Shown one piece after another: positions 26,600 through 35,918 of a stretch of 41,411 bases of DNA. The translations under genes and the position numbers were made by a program. This DNA comes from Acetivibrionales bacterium (GTDB taxonomy: Bacteria > Bacillota > Clostridia > Acetivibrionales > RGIG10202). The DNA lies in the NCBI GenBank assembly GCA_045118635.1, contig JBGUYI010000052.1, positions 1 to 41,411 of the forward strand, given 5' to 3'. The notes under the pieces were generated by a model. The model worked only from the letters and a program-made list of their open reading frames with translations. It was not told where the DNA came from and did no database searches. Numbering within the stretch: the first letter of the stretch is position 1; each line of letters begins with the position of its first letter.

Positions 26600-27075
26600 G
26601 TAGAGTAAATAACTTGACAGTTCCCCATGCTTAAAATCAGGGGATTCACACTAGCTTGTCACTTAAGTTGACTGGGCAGTCCATTTCTGGTAGCCCGTAC
26701 TGTGTGGTGTGGGTGTGCCATCACCCTTCCTACGACAGGACATATAGTCTCGTAGGCAGATGTACTGTTACCATACATCCTAGGCTCTTGCTAGTCGGTG
26801 TATATTTTACGCATAATCCTTTATTATGCAACCTCATATATACAATTGTCAAAGGACCTCAATATTATGTTAGTATTTATAGTGCAGACGACTTCTACAC
26901 TGTAGCGTTTTTAGGACTTGTTCTTGTCCGTACAATTAAGTACAATGATTTTATAGACTTGTTTCTGTCTGTATATGCATTTTATCATGCGGATATAGAA
27001 TTAACAAGAACTAATTTGTTGCCTTATATCCCCATATCTAAAGATAGGGGCTTTACGGCAAATGGGGGTAAATAA
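26600..27075 (+). ncRNA. Candidate large structured non-coding RNA (unassigned family; strand tentative)
   Basis: GC spike: about 50-53% over 26641-26760 by hand count. The only ORF is compositionally aberrant.
Helices: 26647-26655/26790-26800 encloses hairpins at 26658-26672, 26674-26696, 26711-26726, 26729-26756 and 26759-26779. Further helices are 26811-26817/26823-26829, 26914-26917/26926-26929, 26930-26933/26940-26943, 26952-26958/26967-26973, 26977-26980/26987-26990, 26991-26997/27025-27031 with inner 27003-27007/27016-27020, and 27030-27050.
A possible closing helix pairs 26623-26630 with 27058-27067. The U-G pair 26954/26971 favours the + strand. Confidence 0.5.
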
Positions 27076-27119
27076 CGTAAAAATATTGTAAAAAAAATGT
27101 AAAATAAACTTAAAATTTC

Positions 27120-27148
27120 TTGAAATAATTAGTGGATGCTGATATAGT
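27120..27148 (+). promoter_or_regulatory. Sigma-A type promoter of the BMP/nucleoside ABC transporter operon
   Basis: TTGAAA (27120-27125), 17-nt spacer, TATAGT (27143-27148). Confidence 0.65.
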
Positions 27149-27193
27149 AATAGAGGAACAAGTAATGCGTTTTAAAAGGAGGATGAAGTAAAG

Positions 27194-28369
27194 GTGAGTT
27201 CAAACTTTAACGATGGTGGTTTTATCAACAAAATGCGATTATTTTTTAAGAGCAGGAGAAATCTGAGAATTTTGGGGGGGCTAGGAATATGTATAGGGTT
27301 AATTTTATTATTTAATGTAATAAATGATGATGTTAACCCAGAGGATGTAGTAACTGGAAAGAATTTGAGAGGAAAAGGAATTAAAGTAGGTATAGTTTTG
27401 TCAGGGAAAGGAAAGGGAGATAAAAGTTTCAATGATTCTGCCATAGAAGGATTAGAAAGAGCTAAGAGAGAACTTGGAATAACCTATAAAGATATCGAGC
27501 TAAAAGAGAATTCCGAAAATATAGACGCTTTAGCATTTTTAGCGCAACAAGATTTTGATTTGGTAATAGGTGTGGGTTTTTCAATTGTGGATGTTTTAAA
27601 AGAAACTGCTATAAAATATCCAAATGTAAAGTTTGCGCTTGTGGATGCATCATATCCTGATGGAGAGGTTCCAAATAATGTAGGACTAGTGTTTAAGGAT
27701 AATGAAGGTTCATATTTAGCAGGTGTTTTGGCTGCGGAAATGTCAAAAACAAAAAAAGTTGGATTTATAGGTGGCATGGAGTCTCCAGTAATTCAAGGAT
27801 TTGAAGGTGGATTTACAGCAGGAGCAAAATCAGTTAAAGGGACAGAGGTTTATACAGGGTATGTTGCGTCAAATCCGTCTGGATTTACTGACCTAGATAA
27901 AGGAAGAGAGTTGACACTTGATTTTATTTCAAGAGGAGTAGATGTAGTGTATCATGCCGCTGGTGCAACAGGACAAGGTGTATTTGATGCAGCTGCTTCA
28001 AAAGGGATAAAGGCTATAGGAGTGGATTCTAATCAAAATTATGTGAAGCCAGGAGTAATTTTAGCTAGTATGTTAAAGTGCGTAGATGTTGCTGTATATG
28101 AAGTTTGTGAGGATGTAGTAGATAAGAAATTTGAAGGTGGTATAACAAAAACATTTGGTCTTGCTGATGGAGGAGTAGGACTAACAGATTTATATAATTT
28201 AACAATAGAAGAAACAGAAGGTGTATCTAAAGAAGATGAAGAGAAAATAAAGGCACTTAAAGATTCAATACCAGTTGAAATTAAAAGAAAGATAGAAAAA
28301 GTAAAAGAGGATATTATATCAGGTAAAATTGTGGTTCCCAATTGGAAAATTGAAGGGAAACACGAGTAG
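27194..28369 (+). CDS. BMP-family (PnrA/Med-like) ABC transporter substrate-binding protein
   Basis: The segment KVGFIGGMESPVIQGFEGGFTAGAK and the overall BMP-family sequence. GTG start 11 nt after AAGGAGG. It has an N-terminal membrane anchor. Confidence 0.8.
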   Translation: MSSNFNDGGFINKMRLFFKSRRNLRILGGLGICIGLILLFNVINDDVNPEDVVTGKNLRGKGIKVGIVLSGKGKGDKSFNDSAIEGLERAKRELGITYKDIELKENSENIDALAFLAQQDFDLVIGVGFSIVDVLKETAIKYPNVKFALVDASYPDGEVPNNVGLVFKDNEGSYLAGVLAAEMSKTKKVGFIGGMESPVIQGFEGGFTAGAKSVKGTEVYTGYVASNPSGFTDLDKGRELTLDFISRGVDVVYHAAGATGQGVFDAAASKGIKAIGVDSNQNYVKPGVILASMLKCVDVAVYEVCEDVVDKKFEGGITKTFGLADGGVGLTDLYNLTIEETEGVSKEDEEKIKALKDSIPVEIKRKIEKVKEDIISGKIVVPNWKIEGKHE

Positions 28370-28459
28370 AAAGACATATTAATCAATAATATAAATGGAT
28401 GACATGTGTTAGATTAAAATATAAAAAATGGTTAAAAGTATTTTGGGGGAGTAAAGAAA

Positions 28460-30001
28460 ATGGATCCAATTTTAAGCATGAAGAATATAACAAAAACGTT
28501 TTATGGCAATTTTGCTAATAGTGGTGTGGATTTTGAAGTTTTAAAAGGCGAAATTCATGCACTGGTAGGAGAAAATGGAGCAGGAAAAACAACACTAATG
28601 AGCATATTGTATGGTTTGTATCCAGCAGATGAAGGAGAAGTGTACATAAAAGGAAAAAAAGTGAATATTGATAATCCAAGCATAGCGATAAAAAATGGAA
28701 TTGGGATGGTTTTTCAGCATTTTATGTTAGTAGAACCTTTTACAGTAGCTGAAAACATTATATTAGGTAAAGAACCTAAAAAAATTATGTTTATAGATAA
28801 AAAGAGTGCAGTATCAAAAGTTAAAAAGATATCTGAAATATATGGATTAAAAGTGGATCCAAATGCAAAGATTTCGTCTATTTCAGTGGGGCAACAGCAA
28901 AGAGTTGAAATAATAAAGACTTTATATAGAGGTGCAGAAATTTTAATATTAGATGAACCAACAGCTGTATTGACGCCACAAGAGGTAGAGGAATTTTTTA
29001 GTATATTGAAATTATTAAAATCTCAGGGGAAGACAATAATAATAATTACACATAAATTAAAAGAAGTTATGGAAATTTCAGATAGAGTATCTGTCATGAG
29101 AAGAGGAAAAATGATAGGAACTGTAATAACAAAGGATACGAATGAGCATGAATTGGCAACTATGATGGTAGGAAGAGAGATTTCATTAGAAGTGGACAAG
29201 CCAGATATAAAAAAAGGTAAGACTGTACTAGAAATAATAGATTTGCATGCGTTAAGTAAAATTAATGAAAAAGTAGAAGGATTAAAAGGTATAAATTTAA
29301 GTATTAAAGAGGGAGAGATACTAGGAATAGCTGGTGTTGATGGTAATGGACAAACAGAATTATTAGAAGTTTTAACAGGTCTTAGAAAAGTAAAATCGGG
29401 TGTAGTAAAAGTAAATAATGAGGATATAACAAAATTATCACCAAGGAAAATAAAAGAAAGAAAAATAGCAAATATTCCTGAAGATAGACATCAGAGAGGT
29501 TTGATTCTAAAAAATACAATTGCAGAAAATCTTATAATGGGGTATCATTACAAGAAACCATTTAATAAATGTGGTTTTCTAAACAAGAAAGCTATAGATG
29601 ATAATGCTGAGAATTGTATAAAAGAATATGATATAAGACCAGCTAGTAAAGATGTAAAAGTAAGGGCTTTATCAGGAGGTAACCAACAAAAAGTTATTAT
29701 AGCTCGTGAATTTGAATTAAATCCTGAACTATTGATAGCATCTCAACCAACAAGAGGAGTAGATATTGGAGCTATAGAGTTTATACATAAGAAAATAGTA
29801 GAGCATAGAAATAAGAATAAGGCTGTGCTATTAATTTCTGCTGATCTTGAAGAGGTTATGGCATTGAGTGATAGAATTGCGGTAATATATGAAGGAAAGA
29901 TAGTAAAGATTTTAGATGCCAAAGATGCAACTGAGAATGAATTAGGGTTGTTGATGGCAGGAATAAAAAAAGAAAGCTCTGATATAGAGGGGGAAAATTA
30001 G
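28460..30001 (+). CDS. Nucleoside/sugar-type ABC transporter ATP-binding protein (duplicated ATPase)
   Basis: Two nucleotide-binding domains. The first has Walker A GENGAGKTT with Walker B ILDEPTA. The second has P-loop GVDGNGQTE and signature LSGGNQQK. Confidence 0.9.
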   Translation: MDPILSMKNITKTFYGNFANSGVDFEVLKGEIHALVGENGAGKTTLMSILYGLYPADEGEVYIKGKKVNIDNPSIAIKNGIGMVFQHFMLVEPFTVAENIILGKEPKKIMFIDKKSAVSKVKKISEIYGLKVDPNAKISSISVGQQQRVEIIKTLYRGAEILILDEPTAVLTPQEVEEFFSILKLLKSQGKTIIIITHKLKEVMEISDRVSVMRRGKMIGTVITKDTNEHELATMMVGREISLEVDKPDIKKGKTVLEIIDLHALSKINEKVEGLKGINLSIKEGEILGIAGVDGNGQTELLEVLTGLRKVKSGVVKVNNEDITKLSPRKIKERKIANIPEDRHQRGLILKNTIAENLIMGYHYKKPFNKCGFLNKKAIDDNAENCIKEYDIRPASKDVKVRALSGGNQQKVIIAREFELNPELLIASQPTRGVDIGAIEFIHKKIVEHRNKNKAVLLISADLEEVMALSDRIAVIYEGKIVKILDAKDATENELGLLMAGIKKESSDIEGEN

Positions 30002-30003
30002 AA

Positions 30004-31107
30004 ATGGGCAAGGAAAATGGTAAAAGTGTGGATTTAAATAAGATAATTGATTGTTTTTTTCCAGTTATAGCAGTTATATTGTCTCTTGTGGTAGGGATGT
30101 TTATTATATTAGCATCTGGCAAAAATCCAATAGATGCATATAAAGCATTATTTATGGGTGCTTTTGGGGATTTAAATAAGTGGGGACAAACATTAAATGC
30201 AGCAACACCATTGATATTAACAGGGTTGGGTGTTGCAATAGCATTTAAGTGTGGATTGTTTAATATAGGTGTTGAAGGTCAGTTGTTAATAGGTGCCATG
30301 GCATCAGCGCTTATAGGTCATTATGTTACATGTTTACCAAGCGTGCTACATATTATAGTTACGTTATTTGGTGGAATATTAGCTGGCGCATTGTGGGGAT
30401 TACTTCCTGGTGTGCTTAAAGCCTTTAGAGGTGTACATGAAGTTCTAGTAACAATAATGATGAACTATATTGCAGTAGCAGTAATTAGTTTTGTAGTGCA
30501 AGAGTTAAGTGCTAGTGGCACTTCACAAACTCCAGATATATTAGACAGTGCAAAATTTTTAAGATTTTCTGATGTGTTTAAGACTGCATTTAATGGTTCT
30601 CGTATAAGTATAGGTTTTATAATAGCAATAATAGTTAGCATTTTAATATACATACTTATTAAAAAGACTATTTTGGGATATGAACTAAAAGCAGTTGGGA
30701 ATTCTCCATTAGCAGCTGAGAATGGTGGAATAAAAATAAATAAAAATATTATATTGGTTATGTTAATAAGTGGAGGTTTAGCAGGACTTGCGGGAGCAGA
30801 TAGAGTTATGGGTCAGTATCATCATTTAATGAATGATATATCAGTAGGACTAGGTTTTGAAGGAATGGCAGTAGCACTTTTGGCAAATAACAATCCAATA
30901 GGAATAATTTTTTCGGGTATATTATTTGGAGCACTAAAATCTGGTGGACTTATGATGCATTTGCATGCTGATGTTTTACCAGAGATTGCTACAGTTATAC
31001 AGGCAATAACTATATTTTTTGTAGCTGGAAGCAAGTTTATAAAGCATATATTAGTTAATAAAAAAAGTTGTAAGGTGGATAGTGAAAAAAAGGAGGTAAG
31101 AGCTTAA
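30004..31107 (+). CDS. ABC transporter permease (BMP system)
   Basis: A polytopic membrane protein adjacent to the ATPase, with a tight 2-nt gap. Confidence 0.85.
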   Translation: MGKENGKSVDLNKIIDCFFPVIAVILSLVVGMFIILASGKNPIDAYKALFMGAFGDLNKWGQTLNAATPLILTGLGVAIAFKCGLFNIGVEGQLLIGAMASALIGHYVTCLPSVLHIIVTLFGGILAGALWGLLPGVLKAFRGVHEVLVTIMMNYIAVAVISFVVQELSASGTSQTPDILDSAKFLRFSDVFKTAFNGSRISIGFIIAIIVSILIYILIKKTILGYELKAVGNSPLAAENGGIKINKNIILVMLISGGLAGLAGADRVMGQYHHLMNDISVGLGFEGMAVALLANNNPIGIIFSGILFGALKSGGLMMHLHADVLPEIATVIQAITIFFVAGSKFIKHILVNKKSCKVDSEKKEVRA

Positions 31108-31108
31108 T

Positions 31109-31996
31109 ATGGATAGATTTTTTTCAGTAGAAATTTTAGAAGCTGTATTTAGGATAGCTACACCTCTTGTTTTAGCAGCATTAGCAGGTTGTTTTTCAGA
31201 AAGAGCTGGTGTTACAAATATAGCATTAGAAGGAATAATGTTGTTTGGAGCATTTGCGGCGGTTGTGGGTTCGTATATGACAGGTAGTGCATGGATAGGG
31301 CTTCTTGTAGCAGCAATAATAGGTGGTTTGCTTGCATATATTCATGCTATGCTTAGTGTTGATATGAAAGCCAATCAAGTTATTAGTGGTACAGCATTAA
31401 ATTTACTTGCAAGTGGAGGCACAGTATATTTGCTTAGTGTAATATTTAATACAAAAGGTACATCAAAGGCAGTAACCCAACTACCAGAGTGGGGTGGATC
31501 TTCACCAACAATATATATAGCGTATGCAATGGTAGTTATAGCATGGATAATTTTATATAAAACTCCGTTTGGATTAAGACTAAGGACAGTTGGAGAGCAT
31601 CCAGCAGCGGCGGATACTGTAGGTGTGGATGTTTATAACATGAGATATATAGCTGTTGTTATAAGTGGAGTATTAGCAGGGATAGCAGGGGCACATTTAT
31701 CTATTGGAGTTTCAGAAGTATTTTCACAGGATATGAGTGCTGGTAGAGGATTTATAGCATTAGCCGCTATGATAGCTGGGGGATGGCATCCAATAGGAGC
31801 ATGTGTTGCAGCAGTTTTATTTGGTTATTTTGAAAAATTGTCTTTAATTTTAAAGGGCGCACCGATATTTGGGATACCATCTCAATTTATAGGAGTTTTG
31901 CCATATGTTATAACAATAATTGTATTAGCAGTAGCAGGAACAAAATCAATTGGACCAAAAGCGAATGGAATACCTTATGAAAAGGGAGAAAGATAA
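31109..31996 (+). CDS. ABC transporter permease (BMP system)
   Basis: The second polytopic permease of the operon. Confidence 0.85.
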   Translation: MDRFFSVEILEAVFRIATPLVLAALAGCFSERAGVTNIALEGIMLFGAFAAVVGSYMTGSAWIGLLVAAIIGGLLAYIHAMLSVDMKANQVISGTALNLLASGGTVYLLSVIFNTKGTSKAVTQLPEWGGSSPTIYIAYAMVVIAWIILYKTPFGLRLRTVGEHPAAADTVGVDVYNMRYIAVVISGVLAGIAGAHLSIGVSEVFSQDMSAGRGFIALAAMIAGGWHPIGACVAAVLFGYFEKLSLILKGAPIFGIPSQFIGVLPYVITIIVLAVAGTKSIGPKANGIPYEKGER

Positions 31997-31998
31997 TT

Positions 31999-32664
31999 AT
32001 GAAAAACCAAGAATTGGCTAAGTTTATAGATCATACTATACTAAAGCAATATGTAGATACTAATACGGTATCTACATATTGTGAACAAGCTATAGAATAT
32101 GGATTTTATTCAGTGTGTGTAAATCCATGTCATGTGAAGTTTGTTTCTCAAAAATTAAAAGGAACAGGCGTTAAGGTTTGTACAGTTATAGGTTTTCCTT
32201 TAGGAGCAAATGTGCCAGAAGTAAAAGCATATGAAACAAAACTTGCAATACAAGATGGTGCAGATGAAGTAGATATGGTAATAAACATAGGAGCTTTAAA
32301 AGAGGGCAATTTTGATTTAGTGAGAAAAGATATATTAGGTGTAGTTAAAGAGGCTAAAAATAAAGTTGTTAAAGTTATAATAGAGACTTGTTTTTTAAAT
32401 GAACAAGAAAAGAGAGCTGTTTGTAAAATAGCAAAAGAATGTGGTGCGCATTTTGTAAAAACGTCAACAGGATTTGGTACAGGTGGAGCAAAGGTGGTTG
32501 ATGTAAAACTTATTAAGGATGTTGTTGGTGATAGCATGGGAATAAAAGCATCAGGTGGAATAAGGGATATCGATACGTTAGAAGAATTAATAAAGGCAGG
32601 AGCAAGCAGAATAGGGACCAGCTCCAGTATGGATTTTGTTAGACAATATGTAAATTTAGTGTAA
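31999..32664 (+). CDS. deoC: Deoxyribose-phosphate aldolase
   Basis: IDHTILK, VKTSTGF and IKASGGIR motifs; 221 aa. Confidence 0.9.
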   Translation: MKNQELAKFIDHTILKQYVDTNTVSTYCEQAIEYGFYSVCVNPCHVKFVSQKLKGTGVKVCTVIGFPLGANVPEVKAYETKLAIQDGADEVDMVINIGALKEGNFDLVRKDILGVVKEAKNKVVKVIIETCFLNEQEKRAVCKIAKECGAHFVKTSTGFGTGGAKVVDVKLIKDVVGDSMGIKASGGIRDIDTLEELIKAGASRIGTSSSMDFVRQYVNLV

Positions 32665-32782
32665 AAATGTACAAAATACCATATGACTTTTTAGTAAAAA
32701 ATAAGATGGTAAATTTTCTTATAAAGTGATATATTTCAATAGACGTATCAAAAAGAAGAAAAGGAAGACTAGGAGGATTACA

Positions 32783-33892
32783 ATGGCAGGATTAAGCTTA
32801 AGAAACATAGGTAAAAGATATTCAGGAAATGTTGATGCAGTAAAAAATGTAAATCTCGAAATAGAGGATAAGGAATTTGTTATACTTGTTGGTCCTTCTG
32901 GGTGCGGGAAATCTACAACATTGAGAATGATAGCAGGGCTAGAGGAAATAACATCGGGAGAATTATATATAGATGGAGAATTGGTTAATGATGTTGCACC
33001 AAAAGATAGAAATATAGCAATGGTTTTTCAAAATTATGCGTTATATCCACATATGACAGTTTTCGAAAATATGGCGTTTGGGTTAAAATTAAGAAGAGTT
33101 CCGAAGGATATTATAGCAAAGAAAGTTCATGAAGCAGCAAAGAGTTTAGATATAGAACATTTGTTGGATAGAAAGCCAAAAGCATTGTCTGGAGGACAAA
33201 GGCAGAGGGTAGCTTTGGGAAGAGCGATAGTTAGGGAACCAAAAGTATTTTTAATGGATGAGCCATTATCTAATTTGGATGCAAAGTTAAGAGTGCAAAT
33301 GAGAGCTACAATAAGTAAGTTGCATCAAAAATTGCAAACAACTTTTGTATATGTAACGCATGACCAAACAGAAGCATTAACAATGGGAACGAAGATAGTT
33401 GTTATGAAAGATGGTATAATACAGCAAGTTGCATCCCCACAAGAATTATATGAAAAGCCAGTTAATATGTTTGTGGCAGGTTTTATAGGTAGCCCACAAA
33501 TGAATTTTATAGAGGCTAAGCTAAAAAATGAAGGAGATAAATATTATCTTGAATTTGGAAAAAGTAAAATAGAGTTGCCAGAAGGTAAAACTAAAAATTT
33601 AAGTGATAGTTATTTGGGGAAACAAGTTATTGTTGGTATACGTCCAGAAAACATACACGATGAAGCTATTTATGTAAGCAACATGGTTAATAGTGTAGTG
33701 CAAGCAAAAGTTGAAATAACCGAGATGTTGGGTGCAGAAACAAATTTGTATTTAGATTTAGATGGTGTTGAAATAATAGCTCGTGTAAATCCTAGAACAA
33801 AGGTAAAACCAAATGATGTTATAAATGTGGCATTTGATACAAATAGAATACATTTGTTTGATAAAGACACTGAAAAAGTTATAATGAATTGA
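32783..33892 (+). CDS. MsmX/MalK/UgpC-type sugar ABC transporter ATP-binding protein
   Basis: [24 protein letters not shown] and MDEPLSNLD motifs, plus a C-terminal regulatory (TOBE-like) domain. AGGAGG precedes the ATG at 32783. Confidence 0.9.
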   Translation: MAGLSLRNIGKRYSGNVDAVKNVNLEIEDKEFVILVGPSGCGKSTTLRMIAGLEEITSGELYIDGELVNDVAPKDRNIAMVFQNYALYPHMTVFENMAFGLKLRRVPKDIIAKKVHEAAKSLDIEHLLDRKPKALSGGQRQRVALGRAIVREPKVFLMDEPLSNLDAKLRVQMRATISKLHQKLQTTFVYVTHDQTEALTMGTKIVVMKDGIIQQVASPQELYEKPVNMFVAGFIGSPQMNFIEAKLKNEGDKYYLEFGKSKIELPEGKTKNLSDSYLGKQVIVGIRPENIHDEAIYVSNMVNSVVQAKVEITEMLGAETNLYLDLDGVEIIARVNPRTKVKPNDVINVAFDTNRIHLFDKDTEKVIMN

Positions 33893-33910
33893 TAGATAAG
33901 TGTTGATAAA

Positions 33911-33946
33911 GCTTGCTCTCTAGACAAAAGGGCAAGCATTTTGTTT
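33911..33946 (+). terminator. Rho-independent terminator
   Basis: GCTTGCTCT (33911-33919) pairs with AGGGCAAGC (33929-33937), including one U-G pair. ATTTTGTTT follows. Confidence 0.65.
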
Positions 33947-34109
33947 CATATAGGAGGTATCAATTTTAGTTTAAGTATTGCAGTTACCCTGAATATTAAA
34001 AGGATAGGGGGACCAAATCATAATATTAGAAATTTTGGTGGCAAAAAAATAAAATATGATGTATAATAGATGTCGAGAAATTAATTTTACTACCAAACGA
34101 GGTGAAAAA

Positions 34110-35201
34110 ATGTCGTCTAAATTGTTTCGAGGATTAATTGGTCAACTTAGGGATGCCGTCGGTTGTGATTTCGGTGTAATTGATTCTAGGGGAGTTGTAA
34201 TTGCAGCATCCAACAAAGAAGAAGAGGGCAAAGATGCTTACGATATATATTTGGAAATAAGCAAACTCAAGGGAGGGTTATTTGTAAAAAAAGATGGTAT
34301 CTTATATGAGAAAATTTATATAAGGAACAGACTCGAGCTTATTGTATATATAGTTAGCAATGCCAAATATGCAGAAAGGATGCTCAAGTTAATTTCTATA
34401 AGTATAAAGGGTGCTAAAATTAATTACGATGAAAAATATAGTAGAGTTAATTTCATAAGAAAGGTTATAACAGACAATGTCTTGGTAGGAGATATTGGAG
34501 TAATGGCGCAGGACTTAGGTATTGAAAATGAGAAGCAAAGGCAAGTTTTTTTAATAAACACATGCAAACAAAGGGATTATCAAGTATATAATATTATATG
34601 TAATTTATTTCCAGAAGAATCAAAAGAGTTTGTTGTTGTTATAGACGATGAGAACATTGCAGTTGTTAGGGAGGTTGAGTTTGAAGAAGATAAAGAAGAT
34701 GTAAATAACACAGGAACGTATATAGTGAATACTATAAATTCTGAGATTATGGAAAATGTCAGGATAGGGATAAGCACTGTTGTGCATAGTGTTAAAGATT
34801 TAAATAAGGCATATAAAGAAGCTGAGATGGCAATAACAGTAGGAAAAATATTCCAAGATGAAAATAGGGTTCTTAGTTATGATAGATTAGGAATAGGAAG
34901 ACTTATATATCAATTACCAGTTACTTTGTGCAAACTTTTTTTGAAAGAAATATTTAAAGATGGTGTAATTGAAGCTTTAGACAGTGAGATGGTTATCACG
35001 ATTCAGAAATTTTTTGAAAGAAATTTAAATGTTAGTGAAACAGCGAGAAGGCTATTTATACATAGGAATACATTGGTGTACAGGTTGGATAAAATTCAGA
35101 GATTGACGGGATTAGATTTAAGAACATTTGATGATGCAATTATTTTTAAAGTTGCAATGTTAGTTAAAAATTATCTTGATGAAAGCGAAGGAATAGATTG
35201 A
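34110..35201 (+). CDS. PucR/CdaR-family transcriptional regulator
   Basis: C-terminal helix-turn-helix NVSETARRLFIHRNTLVYRLDKIQRLTGLD. The ATG at 34110 follows GAGGTGA. Confidence 0.75.
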   Translation: MSSKLFRGLIGQLRDAVGCDFGVIDSRGVVIAASNKEEEGKDAYDIYLEISKLKGGLFVKKDGILYEKIYIRNRLELIVYIVSNAKYAERMLKLISISIKGAKINYDEKYSRVNFIRKVITDNVLVGDIGVMAQDLGIENEKQRQVFLINTCKQRDYQVYNIICNLFPEESKEFVVVIDDENIAVVREVEFEEDKEDVNNTGTYIVNTINSEIMENVRIGISTVVHSVKDLNKAYKEAEMAITVGKIFQDENRVLSYDRLGIGRLIYQLPVTLCKLFLKEIFKDGVIEALDSEMVITIQKFFERNLNVSETARRLFIHRNTLVYRLDKIQRLTGLDLRTFDDAIIFKVAMLVKNYLDESEGID

Positions 35202-35231
35202 TAGTAGAGAGAAATTGAGGTGGGTTTGAAT

Positions 35232-35918
35232 ATGCTAAGTTTTGAGAATGTTTACAAGAGATATGATAATGGAACGCCTGCACTAAATGGTATTAATTTA
35301 GAAATTGATGATAAAGAATTTGTTTTTATAATTGGAGCAAGTGGATCAGGAAAGTCTACGCTACTTAAGTTAATTTTAAAAGAAGAGTCTATAACTAGTG
35401 GAAATATATTTTTCAAGGATTTGAAGTTGTCAGATTTAGGGAAAAAGGAGATTTTAAAGGTTAGAAGGAGTCTTGGTGTAGTCTTTCAAGATTTTAGATT
35501 ATTACCTAATAAGACAGTTTATGAAAATGTTGCGTATGCTATGGAGGTAGTAGAGAAAACAGACAGAAGGATAAAAAAAGATGTACCTATGGTATTGTCA
35601 TTAGTTGGATTAAGTGATAAAATGGACAGGTATCCAGATGAATTATCTGGGGGAGAACAACAGAGAGTAGCTATAGCTAGAGCTATAATAAACAGGCCAG
35701 ATTTGATAATTGCAGATGAACCTACTGGTAATTTAGATCCAGAAAATTCAATAGAAATAGTAAAGTTGTTTGAAAAAATAAATGAACAAGGTACGACGGT
35801 TTTGATTGTTACACATGATAAGGATATAGTAAATGAGATGCAAAAGAGGGTTATAGAAATAGACAAAGGTGTAGTTGTAAGAGATGATGAGAAAGGAATT
35901 TACAGCAATGAAAATTAG
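35232..35918 (+). CDS. ftsE: Cell division ATP-binding protein FtsE
   Basis: GASGSGKSTLLK, LSGGEQQRVAIARA and IADEPTGNLD motifs. It is directly followed by ftsX. Confidence 0.9.
   Translation: MLSFENVYKRYDNGTPALNGINLEIDDKEFVFIIGASGSGKSTLLKLILKEESITSGNIFFKDLKLSDLGKKEILKVRRSLGVVFQDFRLLPNKTVYENVAYAMEVVEKTDRRIKKDVPMVLSLVGLSDKMDRYPDELSGGEQQRVAIARAIINRPDLIIADEPTGNLDPENSIEIVKLFEKINEQGTTVLIVTHDKDIVNEMQKRVIEIDKGVVVRDDEKGIYSNEN

Noticed and set aside
26614-26637. TTGACA followed by TAAAAT at the 5' edge of the large RNA candidate, considered as its promoter.
   Set aside because: The spacer is only 12 nt, whereas about 17 nt is required. It therefore cannot be a standard sigma-A promoter, and the transcription start of the element remains unknown.
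26656-27075. A 139-aa ORF inside the GC-rich intergenic block.
   Set aside because: It has no RBS and a TTG-type start only. Its composition (C, H, W, Y, R rich and K/E/N poor) is unlike all credible proteins in the window. The dense helices span it, so I treat it as a spurious ORF in a structured RNA.
27183-27191. A mini-ORF, ATG AAG TAA, between the RBS and the GTG start of the BMP gene, considered as a regulatory leader peptide.
   Set aside because: The ATG directly abuts the AAGGAGG Shine-Dalgarno with zero spacing, so initiation there is unlikely. It is most simply a coincidence.
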